From the NCBI RefSeq assembly GCF_030684315.1, contig NC_081377.1:25172001-25236000 (forward strand): a stretch of 64,000 nt of DNA. The letters are read 5' to 3'. Source of the DNA: Stegostoma tigrinum. Lineage: Eukaryota. The notes below the pieces were generated by a model that made no database searches, had not been told where the DNA came from, and saw only the letters and a program-made list of their open reading frames with translations. Every line of letters starts with the position of its first letter. Position 1 is the stretch's first letter. Shown here piece by piece: positions 62,701 to 64,000 of the stretch. A program made the translations under genes and the position numbers.

Positions 62701-63635
62701 GGTCATCCAGTTTGTAGAAATTTGGAAACTGCTTTTCACTGGTCTTGCTTTGGAATATCACATGGCCCAAAGAGAAGAATTGGGGTTTGAGAAAACTTAT
62801 GGGACAGTTTGGAACAAAATCAGGAAATGCTCATGGCTGACAATAGCTGTCAAACAAAAAACACAGTTAAACCTTTTAGATGTGTGACTTTGTCAGAAGT
62901 GTTCTGATGAAAGGTCACAGATGTCTTTTTCTCTTCCCAGGAAACTAGTCTGGATGATGAATTTTTTTTTTCAAAAAATTTCACATTCTCAGTATTTTGC
63001 TTTTGTGTTTGGAAGATGTGGTTTGCCAAATCAGTCTCAGTAATTCCATTGTAGTTGTTGGTTATATGAAGGGAAAGATTGAAAATAGGGCAGCTAATAT
63101 TCAATCTGACTTGAGAGTGACTCTGACTCTGAAATTAAGAGCACATTAGCCTGATTCTTAAATAACCATTTCTCACTTGTTGAGATGACCTGTATGAGAC
63201 AGCATTTGTATCACTGAAACTGTTTTCAGGGAGTAATCTGTACCAGATTGAAGAATATTCATTTTGTATAACGGGACCAAACATTTTGTAGAAATGTTAG
63301 TTTTCCATACTACAGTATGAGGGCCAACTCGGAGATGATCAATCCTAACAATGCATCAAAATATTTTGCTGAGAAACAAGCTCATCTTGTAACAAAAGAA
63401 AAATGCCAAGCTACAAATTGCCATATATATTGCCTTCTCTTTCCTGGAAATTTAAATGGGAACAATAACATCTAACTTAAACCAGTATGTTAATTAGGGG
63501 ACTGATTAAGTAAATTTATTTCATGGTTTCAAGATGGCAAGCCTAAAACTGAGCATCACCTTTCTGCTCAACTCTATAGTCTGGTAAATGTTAACTATGA
63601 CCTTATTTCTTTACCTTGTAGAATAAGTAGCTGTT

Positions 63636-63845
63636 TCAGAGATAGTAGGAACTGCAGATGCTGGAGAATCTGAGATAACAAGGTGTAGAGCTGGATGAAC
63701 ACAGCAGGCCAAGCAGCATCAGAGGAGCAGGAGGGCTGACATTTTGGGCCTAGACCCTCCTTCAGCCTGAAACGTCAGCCTTCCTGCTCCTCTGATGAAG
63801 CTTGACCTGCTGTGTTCATCCAGCTCTATGCCTTGTTATGTCAGA
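63636..63845. mobile_element. Penelope-derived palindrome, older subfamily
   Basis: Tail TCAGAGATAGTAGGAACTGCAGATGCTGGAGAA, arm GATAACAAGGTGTAGAGCTGG..., inverted arm ...CCAGCTCTATGCCTTGTTATGTC; TSD not clear. Confidence 0.8.
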
Positions 63846-64000
63846 AAAATAATGCTTATCCTTTTTAACTAAGTTTGTTTTGTACTTAGCTATTTTTGTA
63901 TTTAAGATAGTGCCGTGTGTGCTTTTTGCTGTACTTCTTTACTTGAGTACAGGTGACAATAAAAATCTAAATCTGAAATGGCACCACTGCACTGCTGAGG

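Overview
Vertebrate genomic DNA, most likely a shark (inferred from the repeat families: CR1 LINEs, V-SINE/HE1-like and Deu-type SINEs, Penelope-like elements). Four protein-coding genes were reconstructed by hand with GT-AG junctions and consistent phases. RSRP1 is on the minus strand (6 coding exons, 22375->9128, about 457 aa). An MGST3 gene of the fish mgst3b type is on the plus strand (4 exons, 27984-42259, 151 aa). An intronless, intact SNRPC/U1-C gene is on the minus strand (45202->44717) and shares a CpG-island promoter head-to-head with TMEM50A (plus, 6 coding exons, 48574-59776, 159 aa). The most unusual signal is a set of Penelope-like (RT + GIY-YIG) insertions built as fold-back structures, with a roughly 38-nt unpaired tail, 11-15-bp target-site duplications and minimal hammerhead ribozyme cores. 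They range from a 3.8-kb copy with an open RT-EN frame to short palindromes. One palindrome (15132-15337) carries 16 A>G changes confined to the paired arms, which looks like ADAR hyper-editing fixed in genomic DNA. Also noted: a perfect 23x30-bp array of an NRF1+CGCG promoter-like module, candidate poison exons in RSRP1, and a perfect U1-binding site overlapping the TATA box of the U1-C gene. All calls are by eye; repeat boundaries are approximate unless a TSD is given.
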